DNA of 64,000 nucleotides from Candidatus Cybelea sp. (GCA_035939175.1 DASZGC010000015.1:11261-75260); one strand, 5' to 3'; counted from the first letter of the stretch, positions 45,357 to 54,507 are shown. Made by a program: numbers and translations. Notes: generated by a model not told the origin, from the letters alone.

Positions 45357-46949
45357 CTAGAGCTGTACGTCGCTGATGCCCGAAGCGTAGAGATAGTTCT
45401 GCTGCGCGGTATAGACGCCGTAGAGCGCGGTGATGTAGGCCGATTGCGCCGTCGTCAGGTTCGCTTCCGCGGTGACGACGTTGAGAATCGTAGTCGCGCC
45501 GACTTTGTACTGCGCCTGCGTCGCGTCGAGCGAGACCTGCGCCGAGGTCAGCTCGGAACGCGCCTGCACCAGCGATGACCGTGAAGAGATCAGCGTAGCT
45601 AACGCCGAGCGCACGTCGGACTCGACCGTGAGACGGGTCGTGTTCAGCGTCGCGACCGCTTGATCGAGTTGCGACGCCGCGACGGCGACGTTGTAGTTGG
45701 TTTGGCCCTGATCGTAGATCGGCACGGTGAGCTGCAGACCCAACTCTTTATCGTTCGTCCAGCTTCCCGGACCCGGACAGAACGACGCCGCCTGCGGTCC
45801 CGTGAGACCCGGCTCGCTGAAGCAGTCGACGAACTGACGCGTGACGCCGTCGCTCGCGGCCGCGGTCAGGATCGGCACGCGCGCGAGTTTCTCGTAGCGC
45901 AGGTTCTCCTTTGCCGAGTCGACGTTGTACGAAGCGGAGATGTAGTCGGGACGCATGATCAGCGCGCGCTTCAACGACGCCGCATACGACGGGTTGGGCG
46001 CCGGCGGTGCGGCGCTCAGCGATTTCGGCACGACCATCGCGTCGGCGTCGAGGCCGAGCGTCGTCGCGAAGGTCGCCTGCGCGCCGATCGCCGTGCCCTG
46101 CGCGGTAACGAGGTTGCCGCGCGCCTGCGCCGTTTGGAACTGCGCTGCCGCAATATCGGAGCGCGCCGCAGCGCCGTTACGAATTTGCGCCGCTACCGAA
46201 GCTTCGTTCACTTCGAACTCGTGCACCAACTGCGCGTCGGCGGCGACCGTCGCGTTATCCTCGAGCACGGCGTAGTAGGAGTTGGCCACGTTGAGTGCCA
46301 GCGTTTGCAAGTCGCGCAGCAGCGTGGCGCGGCCGGCGATATCGGCGGCCTTAGCCGAACGGATGGCCGCAATCGTGCGTCCGCCATCGAAGATGAGCTG
46401 GCTAATCGTGATGGTCGCCGCCTCGTTGACGATCGTCGCCTTGGAGACCGGTGCCGGCGATGCCAGGCCGAAGACCGCCAGTGGCGTCGGACCGGTGCTG
46501 GGCTGCGTCGTCGGCGAAGGGCCGCCACCCGAGCTGGTCGTGCCGTTGCTGAACTGCTTGCCCATGCTCGCGCTGCCGCTGACGGCGGGGAAGAGCGCCT
46601 GTTTCTCCGAGGTGTACTTCGCGTGGATCGCGGCCCACTGCGCGTTGTCGTTGGCGAACACCGGCGAGAGTGCGACGCCGATTCGAATCGCGTCGGTGAG
46701 CGAGATGCTCTGCGGCACGCCCTTCTTGGGGGTCATCTGCTCGACGTCGGGCGCGGGTGCGCCGTAGGCCGGATACGGAAGCGGCGTTCCGCTGACCGTC
46801 GGTTGCGGCATCGGTGACGGCATCACCACGCCGGGTACGACCTGTTCCCCCTGATCGGGAGCCGTCTGCGCCAGACCGACGCCGGTCACGAGGCCGCCCA
46901 GCACGAGCGCCGTCACGAGCTCTCGCGCGCGGAGGTTGCGTCGCTTCAT
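45357..46949 (-). CDS. TolC-family outer-membrane efflux protein (OMF)
   Basis: 530 aa with a signal peptide. Two OEP repeats with long coiled-coil Ala/Gln-rich helices are present. A S/T/P-rich insertion (GTTSSGGGPSPTTQPSTGPTP) is also present. Confidence 0.85.
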   Translation of the reverse strand: MKRRNLRARELVTALVLGGLVTGVGLAQTAPDQGEQVVPGVVMPSPMPQPTVSGTPLPYPAYGAPAPDVEQMTPKKGVPQSISLTDAIRIGVALSPVFANDNAQWAAIHAKYTSEKQALFPAVSGSASMGKQFSNGTTSSGGGPSPTTQPSTGPTPLAVFGLASPAPVSKATIVNEAATITISQLIFDGGRTIAAIRSAKAADIAGRATLLRDLQTLALNVANSYYAVLEDNATVAADAQLVHEFEVNEASVAAQIRNGAAARSDIAAAQFQTAQARGNLVTAQGTAIGAQATFATTLGLDADAMVVPKSLSAAPPAPNPSYAASLKRALIMRPDYISASYNVDSAKENLRYEKLARVPILTAAASDGVTRQFVDCFSEPGLTGPQAASFCPGPGSWTNDKELGLQLTVPIYDQGQTNYNVAVAASQLDQAVATLNTTRLTVESDVRSALATLISSRSSLVQARSELTSAQVSLDATQAQYKVGATTILNVVTAEANLTTAQSAYITALYGVYTAQQNYLYASGISDVQL

Positions 46950-46951
46950 GC

Positions 46952-48208
46952 TTAATGCACCGCGCCGTTGCCCGAGGCAGGCCCGGCGTTTGCGTTATTG
47001 ACTGCCACCAGGCTTCCGTCTTTGAGCGTATCGGGCCGGGTGGTAACCACCATCGTCCCCGGCGCGATCCTGGGACTGATCACCTGCGCGAGCGTATCGG
47101 TCTGGACCCCGAGCCGCACCGGCACCGCCTCCGCCTTATTTCCGGCCACCACGTAGACGACGTTGCCGTTGGGTGTCTGCGCCACGGCGCCTCGCGGCAC
47201 GACGGTGGCTCCGACGGCCCGGTCGCGGGTAACGGTGACGTTGACGAGCATTCCCCCCCGCAGAGCGTAGCCCGGATTGACGAGTTCGAGGCGGGCGAGA
47301 TACGAGAGGGTTCCCGCGGTAGGCACCGCGTTGACCGTCTGAATCGGTGCCGTGAAGTGGCGCCCCGGGAGCGAGCTTGAGGTGAAGGCTACCACGTTGC
47401 CCGCTCGCACGACCGGCAAATCTTCGTCAGGTACGTTGACGTTGATCCAGACGCGGTCGATCCGCGCGACCTGAAGCACGGGCTGGGAGGGGGAGGCGTA
47501 GGCGCCGGGATCGAGGAGCCGATTGGCTACGACCGCGTCGTAGGGAGCGTAGAGATAGGTCTGCGAGAGCTGCGTGCTCAGAACGTGGGCCTGGGCGGCG
47601 GCGGCCTGTGCCGATGCCTGCTGCGACTTGACGTTCTGATAGCTCACGACGTCGTTGCGCAGCCCGACGACGGCGTTGTTATAGGTCTGCTGAGCCTGAA
47701 CGTAGTTGGCCTGGGATTGCTGCAGCGCCGTCTCGGAGACGTAGCCCTCCTTGTAAAGCTGCTTATTCTGATCGTAGACGAGTTTGGCGTTTTCCAGGGA
47801 GGCCTTGGCGGTCTGGAGAGCCGCGGCGTTGGTCTGCGTCTGAACGGGGTACCCGGCAACGGCGCCCTGCGCCGAGGCGGAGGCTTGCGCCGCCTGCGCC
47901 TGGGCCTGATCGAGTTGCGCCTGCAGCGTCGAGGGGTCGATGGTGGCCAAGAGCGCCCCTTTGTGCACCATGTCCCCGATGTTGACGTTGATCCGGGTGA
48001 TCGTGCCGCTCTGCTGAAAGGCCAGGGTCGACTGGTCCAGCGGCGCGATTTGTCCGTCGAGCGTGACGTAATTCGCTATCGTCTGCCGCACGGCAGCCGC
48101 CGCGTCGACCGAGAGCGGCATCGGCGCCGCCGGGGGTTTCTTACCGCACGCGGCGAGCGCCGGGAGTGCGATGGTCATGGCAAGCGCCAGCAGCGTAGGT
48201 CTAAGCAT
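46952..48208 (-). CDS. Periplasmic adaptor (membrane fusion protein, HlyD/RND-MFP family) lipoprotein
   Basis: Start set at ATG 48208 (MLRPTLLALAMTIALPALAAC, a lipobox) with GAAGGA as RBS. It has a lipoyl-like hairpin, a coiled coil (QAQLDQAQAQAAQA) and beta-barrel domains. Confidence 0.85.
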   Translation of the reverse strand: MLRPTLLALAMTIALPALAACGKKPPAAPMPLSVDAAAAVRQTIANYVTLDGQIAPLDQSTLAFQQSGTITRINVNIGDMVHKGALLATIDPSTLQAQLDQAQAQAAQASASAQGAVAGYPVQTQTNAAALQTAKASLENAKLVYDQNKQLYKEGYVSETALQQSQANYVQAQQTYNNAVVGLRNDVVSYQNVKSQQASAQAAAAQAHVLSTQLSQTYLYAPYDAVVANRLLDPGAYASPSQPVLQVARIDRVWINVNVPDEDLPVVRAGNVVAFTSSSLPGRHFTAPIQTVNAVPTAGTLSYLARLELVNPGYALRGGMLVNVTVTRDRAVGATVVPRGAVAQTPNGNVVYVVAGNKAEAVPVRLGVQTDTLAQVISPRIAPGTMVVTTRPDTLKDGSLVAVNNANAGPASGNGAVH

Positions 48209-48336
48209 CGGTTCCTTCGTCCGGTCCTTCATGGTCTGATATACGGAGCCCGAGGGCTTTTGATTCATCGGCCCGGGGGCCCTATCGTGGAACCGCGGCA
48301 TGAGGTAAACGGCTGCAGGGCGTATTTCAACGGGGC

Positions 48337-48732
48337 ATGAGCGCGAAACTCGACATCGGCCGCTCGTATAGCCTGCAAAGCCGCGTCGAGGAATGGATGA
48401 CGGCTGAGAAGGCCGGAAACAAGGGCGTCGACGTGCTCTCCACCTCGATGCTCGTTCAGCTGGTCGAGAGCGCGGCGATTCACTGCGTGGAGCCGATCTT
48501 GGCGGCCGGCCAGATCACCCTCGGGACGCATATCGATCTCGAACACCGCAAGCCCGTTCCGGTGGGCTTCATCATCAGAACGCAAGTCGAAGTGGTGATG
48601 CTCGACGGACCTCGCGTGAGCTTCGCCGTCCAAGTATTCGACGAGCAGGAACCCGTGGCCGAGGGCAGCCACGAACGCTACATCATAGAAAAGTCGAAGT
48701 TCCTCGCAAAACTGCGTGAAAAGCTCGCCTGA
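48337..48732 (+). CDS. Hotdog-fold thioesterase (FlK-like)
   Basis: 131 aa. The C-terminal EGSHERYIIEKSKFLAKL and the overall length resemble FlK-type thioesterases. Confidence 0.6.
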   Translation: MSAKLDIGRSYSLQSRVEEWMTAEKAGNKGVDVLSTSMLVQLVESAAIHCVEPILAAGQITLGTHIDLEHRKPVPVGFIIRTQVEVVMLDGPRVSFAVQVFDEQEPVAEGSHERYIIEKSKFLAKLREKLA

Positions 48733-48854
48733 CACGGCTCCCACTGCAGGGGAGCCAATCGGCCCTCCCCGAAAGCAAACGGAACGTGCCGGAGCCCGTC
48801 CCCAGGGCGGTCGAAGGCAAGAGTCTCAGGTCTCATAACAGCTAGGAGGACACA

Positions 48855-50195
48855 TTGAAGCGACTGAGCACCGGAATCCTGGCCGTGCTGATGGCAGCCG
48901 GTCTCGGATTCACCGCGGTCGCCGCCCAACCTAGCGCTTCGCATGGCAACATAGGAACCAACGCGATAGCGCAAGACCAAAGCGGCAACCCTGCTCCGCC
49001 GGCGGACTTCGGTTCGCCGCCGTCGGGTCAGTACCCGATTCTCTACAATGACCACCACGTCTATGCCAAGCCCGATATCCTCAAACAGGGCCGCGTCCTC
49101 GCGGCACTCGTGAGAGGCGGAACGATGTTGATCCCACTTCGCTCGATGTTCGAGCAGATGGGGGCGACCGTTTCGTACGATGCGGGAAGCAAGACCGTGA
49201 CGGTCAGCAAAGCCGGTGCCGAGGTCAAGGTGACCGTCGGTAAACCGGAAGTCGTAATCAACGGCGAATCGCGTCCGCTGGACGTGCCGCCGATGATCTA
49301 TCAAGGCGTCATTCTCGTGCCGGTTCGCGTGATTTCGGAAGGCATGGGTGCGTACGTTCTGTGGGTTCCGGATCGCCGGATCGTCGTCGTGCGGTATATC
49401 CCCGCGACGCCGCCGCCGTCGCCGGCTCCCCCGCCGCCGCCCCCGCCGCCTCCGCCGCCGCCGCCGCCCACGCCGACGCCGGCACCCTACTACGACTTCT
49501 ACGCCGCGGGCGATTATCTGATCTCACCAAAGATCTATAACGAGTTCGTCCCCGGTCAAACCAGCAACAACAACAATGGCGGGTTCTCGTATCGCCTTCA
49601 CGGCGCCGTCGAGATCCCGGTAATGAACCTTCCGTTCATGGTGGCGGTCGACTATCGCCAGTTCAACTGGCAGCATCCGTGCGCCACCAGCAGCGATCCG
49701 GCATGCTTCGTTACGACGATCGGTGGCTTCGGCCAGTCGTACGTGAAGACGTTCCCGGGTCACGACTACGACCTCGATGCGCGTCTGGGTATCCGTATCC
49801 TGAAGCCGCGAATCTATCTCGCGGGCGCGTACATGTGGCGTAGAAACAACTACGGCTATCCGGAAGAGACCGGCGCCGGTGTCGGGCTCGAAAAGCTGCC
49901 CGACCTCGATCGTCCGTTCTCGTTCTACGGTAGCGCCTACTACTTCTTCGACGTCAACGGCAACTATTCGAGCGTTCCGCTCGCGTGCGGCACGACTGCC
50001 GTAAGCGGCAGCGGGTGTACGTTCAACGTTGGCTACAACGTCCTGAAGTACGACATCGGCGTCAACTACTCGTTCAGCGGATTCCCGCTCTTCATCGAAG
50101 CCGGCTTCCTCGGCGATCGAGGCTACAACCTCAACGCCGCGCCAATCGGATTCTCGGAAAGCGGACCGTACGCGGGTATCGGCCTGAAGATCTAA
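48855..50195 (+). CDS. Secreted protein: copper-amine-oxidase-N-like stalk domain + poly-Pro linker + beta-barrel-like C-terminal domain
   Basis: TTG start with AGGAGGA as RBS, and a signal peptide ending AVAAQP. The stalk domain reads VLAALVRGGTMLIPLRSMFEQMGATVSYDAGSKTVTV...VINGESRPLDVPPMIYQGVILVPVRVISEGMGAYV. A 14-Pro run follows, then about 240 aa of Y/F/G/N-rich alternating strands. Confidence 0.75.
   Translation: MKRLSTGILAVLMAAGLGFTAVAAQPSASHGNIGTNAIAQDQSGNPAPPADFGSPPSGQYPILYNDHHVYAKPDILKQGRVLAALVRGGTMLIPLRSMFEQMGATVSYDAGSKTVTVSKAGAEVKVTVGKPEVVINGESRPLDVPPMIYQGVILVPVRVISEGMGAYVLWVPDRRIVVVRYIPATPPPSPAPPPPPPPPPPPPPPTPTPAPYYDFYAAGDYLISPKIYNEFVPGQTSNNNNGGFSYRLHGAVEIPVMNLPFMVAVDYRQFNWQHPCATSSDPACFVTTIGGFGQSYVKTFPGHDYDLDARLGIRILKPRIYLAGAYMWRRNNYGYPEETGAGVGLEKLPDLDRPFSFYGSAYYFFDVNGNYSSVPLACGTTAVSGSGCTFNVGYNVLKYDIGVNYSFSGFPLFIEAGFLGDRGYNLNAAPIGFSESGPYAGIGLKI
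49401..49487 (+). repeat. CCN/CCG low-complexity tract encoding PATPPPSPA-P14-TPTPAP
   Basis: Codon-by-codon reading gives 14 consecutive Pro codons at 49428-49469, mostly CCG. Confidence 0.9.
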
Positions 50196-50350
50196 GCTTC
50201 GGACCGAACGCTACATCCTAAAGCAAGGGCCCTCGCACCGCGGGGGCTCTTCGATTTTCGCATCCACGCGCGTTGCGGCTCGCGACAAGACGCGCGCCGC
50301 AAAACCGCCGCGGTGTTTATCCCGGCCTTCGAAGCGGCCTCACGGCGCGC

Positions 50351-50386
50351 AAAAAAAAGAAGACGAGCGTCGCGGGACGCTCGTCT
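50351..50386 (-). terminator. Intrinsic terminator of the 50429..51361 gene
   Basis: 11-bp perfect stem (AGACGAGCGUC / GACGCUCGUCU) with a 4-nt loop. On the minus strand it is followed by UC and a U8 run (the A8 at 50351-50358 on the plus strand). Confidence 0.75.
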
Positions 50387-50428
50387 TTGCCGAGACTCGT
50401 GGTTTCGGCTACGGCCTCGTCGGCTCGT

Positions 50429-51361
50429 TCAGAGACGCGCCTTTGCGCTCGGGATGGGGAATGGGCCGGGGACTGGCGTGCCGAGGCCGCTGGGCGGCGG
50501 CGTCATCGGCGTGCCGGGCGCCCGCGATCCCGAGGTGCCGGGGAAGTCCGTTGGAAGCCCGACGGGCTCCGGCGTCGCAGGCGCGATCGTTGCCCGGGTC
50601 TTCGGTGTGGGCGTCGCTTTGGCCGAAGGGGTGGGTGTCGCCGTCTCGAGCATCGGCTCTTCCGTCGGCGAGGGCTGCACGCAGGGCGGCGTGATGACGT
50701 CGACGGCGGCATGGCCGGGAGCCGGCGAGGGAATCTCGGTTGCGTTGGGCGTCGTCTCGGGCATCACCCCAGGCGGCAACGGCGTCGGGCAGATTTGCGC
50801 GAGGCCGAACCAATGCTCGGTGAAACCGCGCGCGAGGCTCGCCTTTTCGGTCTTGCCGAAATACGTGTTGCCGTACTTGGTCGCCAGCAGCTGCATGAAG
50901 GTGAACGTCATCTCCTGCTCGGGCTGCGTGTAGACTTTCTGGAGCACTTGGATCGCCAAGAAGTAGGAGCGCGCGAGCTGCGGATCGTTGGGATACTTAC
51001 TCGCCCACCGGCGTAGCGCTTCGGTTGCAAAGTCGAGCTTCGCGATCAAGTGCGGATCGGTCGTGTACGCGCCGGCGCTCACCGACCCGTCCTTATAGGT
51101 GTTATCGATGCCGAGATAGCTCATCTTCATGCGCCCGAAGTATTCGTCTCCAGGCGCCGAAGAGTTGAATTCTTCGCACTGCAGGTGCGCCCACTTGCTC
51201 TTCGTTGCGCCGCAAACGTCTTTCGACGCGGCGTTCGTCGGTGAGCCCGAGGGTTTGGGGGTTGTCGTTGCGGTGGGCGAAGCGTTCGGCGTGGCTGCGG
51301 CCAAGAGAACCGCGCTCGCGGCGGCAAGCGCAACGGACAGCGTGGACAGCGTACGTTTCAC
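50429..51361 (-). CDS. Hypothetical secreted protein with a ~110-aa Pro/Thr-rich C-terminal tail
   Basis: GTG at 51361 (VKRTLSTLSVALAAASAVLLAAATPNASP, a signal peptide). A globular helical core follows (...ALRRWASKYPNDPQLARSYFLAIQVLQKVY...). The tail is a P/T/S-rich tract. Only this part of ORF 50429..52297 looks protein-like. Confidence 0.55.
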   Translation of the reverse strand: MKRTLSTLSVALAAASAVLLAAATPNASPTATTTPKPSGSPTNAASKDVCGATKSKWAHLQCEEFNSSAPGDEYFGRMKMSYLGIDNTYKDGSVSAGAYTTDPHLIAKLDFATEALRRWASKYPNDPQLARSYFLAIQVLQKVYTQPEQEMTFTFMQLLATKYGNTYFGKTEKASLARGFTEHWFGLAQICPTPLPPGVMPETTPNATEIPSPAPGHAAVDVITPPCVQPSPTEEPMLETATPTPSAKATPTPKTRATIAPATPEPVGLPTDFPGTSGSRAPGTPMTPPPSGLGTPVPGPFPIPSAKARL

Positions 51362-51449
51362 GTTCGCCAAGCTTCTTTCGCGCAGGGCGCGCGGCCTTCT
51401 CGCGGGGGCGATGAGGGGCGCTCCCACACCGTCGCGAACGACGCGCGTC

Positions 51450-52739
51450 ATGGCGCGCTCGATTCGCGTTGCCGCGGCGCAGCTCGCCGCGCACGACCGT
51501 ACCGACTTTCCTGCGGCGCTCGAGGCCGCAATCGTTGCCACGCGCCACGCGTGCAGCGACGCCGACGTCGTCGTTATGCCCGAGGGGACGATTCCGGCGT
51601 ACGTGCTCGGGCGCGCTGCGCTCGATTGGAACGAAGTCGACGTTGCAATCGCGCGGCTGCGCGATCTCGCGCGCGAGACGCGCACCGTAATCGTCGCCGG
51701 AGCGGCGGCGGCGGTGGAGGGCCGCGCGCGCAACGGCGCCGTCGTCATCGATGCGGACGGCTCGCCCGCCGGCCGCGCCGATAAGTTCTTCCTCTGGCAT
51801 TTCGACCGGCGCTGGTTCGAGCCGGGCGATCGCATCGCGCCGATCGCGACCCGCGCGGGCTCGCTCGGCGTGCTGGTCTGCGCCGACGGACGGCTGCCGA
51901 CGATCGCCCGGGCGCTCGTCGATCGCGGTGCCGAGATCCTCGTCATGCCCACCGCGTGGGTGACGAGCGGACGCGACCCCAGCGCGCTGGAGAACGTGCA
52001 GGCCGATCTGCTGGCACGCGTGCGCGCGTACGAGAACGGCGTGCCGTTCGTTGCAGCCAACAAGTGCGGCAGCGAGCTCGGCATGGTCGCGTATTGCGGC
52101 AAGAGCCAGATCGTCGACGCGCGCGGCGAGATCGTGGCGCTGGCGAGCGAAACGCAGCCCGAAACGCTGCACGCCACGGTAGCGCTGGGCGATGCCGGCC
52201 CCCGCCGCGGCACGCCGCCGGCCGTGACGCCGCGCGCGCGCACCGTCGGCGATACGTTGCGCGTCGCGATCTCTTTCGATCCGCTGCCCGACGACATCGC
52301 CGAGCGTCTCGCGCTGCTCGACGGCGATTATGCGATAGCGCCGCACGAGCCGGGCCGTCTTGCCATGCTCGATGGCGCGCTCGGCGCAGCCGAAGCCGGC
52401 GACGAAACCGTGCTCGATCCCGGCGGTCTGGTGGCCTACCGCCGTGCCGGTTACGCGCTGATCTGTTGGACGAGCGCGCTGCCGGCACCCTGGCTCGAGC
52501 GCGTCGCGCGCGCCCGGGCGCTCGAACTGCGGCTCTACGTCATCGTCTTCGATCGCGCGCAGCGCCGCGCATTCGCGGTCGATCCCGACGGCGCGATCGT
52601 CGCCGGCACCTTCGGCGAGTACCGGCTGGCGAGCTTTTCTCTCGCTGCGGCTAAAACCGCTCAGACGGCCGTTGCACCCGGTACCGACGTCGCCGCCGGT
52701 CTCGAGCGCGTCGCGGCCGCGTTGGGGGGTCCGGCGTGA
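51450..52739 (+). CDS. Carbon-nitrogen hydrolase (nitrilase superfamily) with a degenerate second CN-hydrolase-like half
   Basis: Start set at ATG 51450 (MARSIRVAAAQL). E-K-C triad context is present: VMPEG, ADKFFLWH, GVLVCADG. Residues ~250-429 repeat the fold loosely but without the Cys motif. Confidence 0.75.
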   Translation: MARSIRVAAAQLAAHDRTDFPAALEAAIVATRHACSDADVVVMPEGTIPAYVLGRAALDWNEVDVAIARLRDLARETRTVIVAGAAAAVEGRARNGAVVIDADGSPAGRADKFFLWHFDRRWFEPGDRIAPIATRAGSLGVLVCADGRLPTIARALVDRGAEILVMPTAWVTSGRDPSALENVQADLLARVRAYENGVPFVAANKCGSELGMVAYCGKSQIVDARGEIVALASETQPETLHATVALGDAGPRRGTPPAVTPRARTVGDTLRVAISFDPLPDDIAERLALLDGDYAIAPHEPGRLAMLDGALGAAEAGDETVLDPGGLVAYRRAGYALICWTSALPAPWLERVARARALELRLYVIVFDRAQRRAFAVDPDGAIVAGTFGEYRLASFSLAAAKTAQTAVAPGTDVAAGLERVAAALGGPA

Positions 52740-53260
52740 AGTTCTTTCGGCAGGTGCGCTTCGTTTCGCTCGCCGCGGCGATCATCGCGGTGCTGGCGGC
52801 GCTCGGCACGCTCTCCGCCCATCACCGCTCGGTGGCGGCGCTAACGGCCAAGAACGAGGCAATCCTGTCACAAGGCAAGGCCTTCGACGCCTACAACCGT
52901 TACGAGGCCAAACAAATTCGATACACAATTTATCAAGCGCTTCTCGCCGCGAACGTTACGCACGCTCCTCCGGCGATCTCGCGGCTGGAGTCGGTGGCGC
53001 GCAGCGAGCAGCAGTCGTCGCCGGCAATTCTCGCGCAGGGTGAGGCGCTCGAAGCCGCCGCCACGGCGGACGAGGAGCACTCGGAAACGCTGATGCAATC
53101 GTACGAGACGCTGCAATTCGCCACGACGTTCTTTGAGGTCGCGATCGTCTTCGTCTCGCTCGCGGCACTCACGAACACGGTCCTCTTTTTTCCGGTCGGC
53201 TGCCTGTCCGCCCTCGTCGGCATCGTGCTGTTCAGCATCGGCCTCGTCGCCGGCAGGTGA
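52736..53260 (+). CDS. Small membrane protein (DUF4337-like)
   Basis: 174 aa; GTG start overlaps the upstream stop (GTGA). It has an N-terminal TM helix, a helical middle (AYNRYEAKQIRYTIYQ) and a C-terminal TM pair. Confidence 0.45.
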   Translation: MKFFRQVRFVSLAAAIIAVLAALGTLSAHHRSVAALTAKNEAILSQGKAFDAYNRYEAKQIRYTIYQALLAANVTHAPPAISRLESVARSEQQSSPAILAQGEALEAAATADEEHSETLMQSYETLQFATTFFEVAIVFVSLAALTNTVLFFPVGCLSALVGIVLFSIGLVAGR

Positions 53261-54507
53261 AAGCGCCGTCGGCGCGCGGGATATTCGGCATCACCCTCGC
53301 TGCGCTCACGCTCGCGGCGATGCCCAAAGTGCCGCAGCCGCGTCTGGCCGCCGCGACGATCGACGCCGCGCACTGGCCGTATCTGCCGGGAAGCGTTCTT
53401 CCGCTGCGCGTCGAGGGGATCTCGATTCCCTACCACGTCGGCGTGCTGGGACCGGGCGGCCTCGATGCGGGCGGCCACGCCTACGAGATTCCCGCGACGG
53501 CTACGGCGGGAACGGCGCTGTTGGTCGCGGGCAACGCGGCGGGGATCGGTGCCAGGCAGCTGCGCATCGGCGGCCCACCCGACGCGCGGCGCCCGCTCGT
53601 GTTGGTGGCCTCCTACGACGACGGGCTCATCGTGCACGATGCGCGCGACCTTTCGGTGATCGGTCTGTTGGCGACCGGCGGCGTTCCCAGCGACGTCGCC
53701 GTCGACGCCTCCGGACGCGTGGCGGTGACCGACACGCAGGGCAGCGCATTGACGCTGCTCCAGCTCGATCCCTGGAGCGTCGGCCGAGTCGACGGCGTGG
53801 TCTCCGCCGACGACGTCGACATCGACGGCACCACGCACGACGTGTTCGTGACCGATCGCGATTGGAACGGTACCGGCGCGCTCACCCGCATCAGCGCTAG
53901 CGGCGACGTCACGCGCGTCCCAACCGGCGATACCGCCGAGGGCCTCGCGATCGACGAACACCGCGGGCTCGTCTACGTCGCGAACACCAACGACGGAACC
54001 GTCGCGGTGGTCGACGCGCGTACGATGCGGCTCGTCCGCCGCTTCTACGCCGTGGCGCGCGTCTTCTCGCTGGCGCTCTCCGACGACGGCTCGCGACTCT
54101 TCGCAATCTCCAACCAGTCGGCCGACTCGCCGTTCGCGCGCCCCGGCGCGGCGGTCGCGATCTCGCTGGCCGGCGCTCGCACGAGCGTTGTCGCGCGCAG
54201 CGCCGCGTTGGCCTTTCCCATCGGCCTCGCGCTCGACTCCGCAAGTCATACGCTCTTCGTCAGCGACGAGCAACTGCACGAGATCGACGTGCTCGACGCG
54301 CGCACCCTGCGCCGCAAGCACGACGCGCTGCCGACGTGCGCCATTCCGTGGAAGCTGACGCTCGACGGCAGCGGCGAGCGGCTCTACGTTCCCTGTGCGG
54401 GCGACAACGCCGTCGACGTCTTCGATGCGCGGACGCTGCGGCGCATGCGCGGCGCGCCCTTTGCGACAGGCGGCTATCCCCTCGCCATCGCAGTATGGCG
54501 GGGATGA
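53257..54507 (+). CDS. Secreted YVTN/YncE-type beta-propeller repeat protein
   Basis: 416 aa; GTG start overlaps the upstream stop. Repeats are LVYVANTNDGTVAVVDARTMRLV, TLFVSDEQLHEIDVLDARTLR and RLYVPCAGDNAVDVFDARTLR. Confidence 0.65.
   Translation: MKAPSARGIFGITLAALTLAAMPKVPQPRLAAATIDAAHWPYLPGSVLPLRVEGISIPYHVGVLGPGGLDAGGHAYEIPATATAGTALLVAGNAAGIGARQLRIGGPPDARRPLVLVASYDDGLIVHDARDLSVIGLLATGGVPSDVAVDASGRVAVTDTQGSALTLLQLDPWSVGRVDGVVSADDVDIDGTTHDVFVTDRDWNGTGALTRISASGDVTRVPTGDTAEGLAIDEHRGLVYVANTNDGTVAVVDARTMRLVRRFYAVARVFSLALSDDGSRLFAISNQSADSPFARPGAAVAISLAGARTSVVARSAALAFPIGLALDSASHTLFVSDEQLHEIDVLDARTLRRKHDALPTCAIPWKLTLDGSGERLYVPCAGDNAVDVFDARTLRRMRGAPFATGGYPLAIAVWRG

Noticed and set aside
50225-50260. 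Possible plus-strand terminator after the stalk/barrel gene (8-bp stem with one G-U, 11-nt loop, then CGAUUUUCG)
   Set aside because: The stem is weak and the U-tract is interrupted. It is not convincing enough to list as a feature, and the strong hairpin at 50351-50386 may serve both strands.
50273-51016. Plus-strand ORFs 50273..51016 and 50313..50933 in the convergent spacer and the tail of the secreted-protein gene
   Set aside because: They run through two terminator hairpins and lie antisense to the P/T-rich tail. The translations are R/G-rich and not supported.
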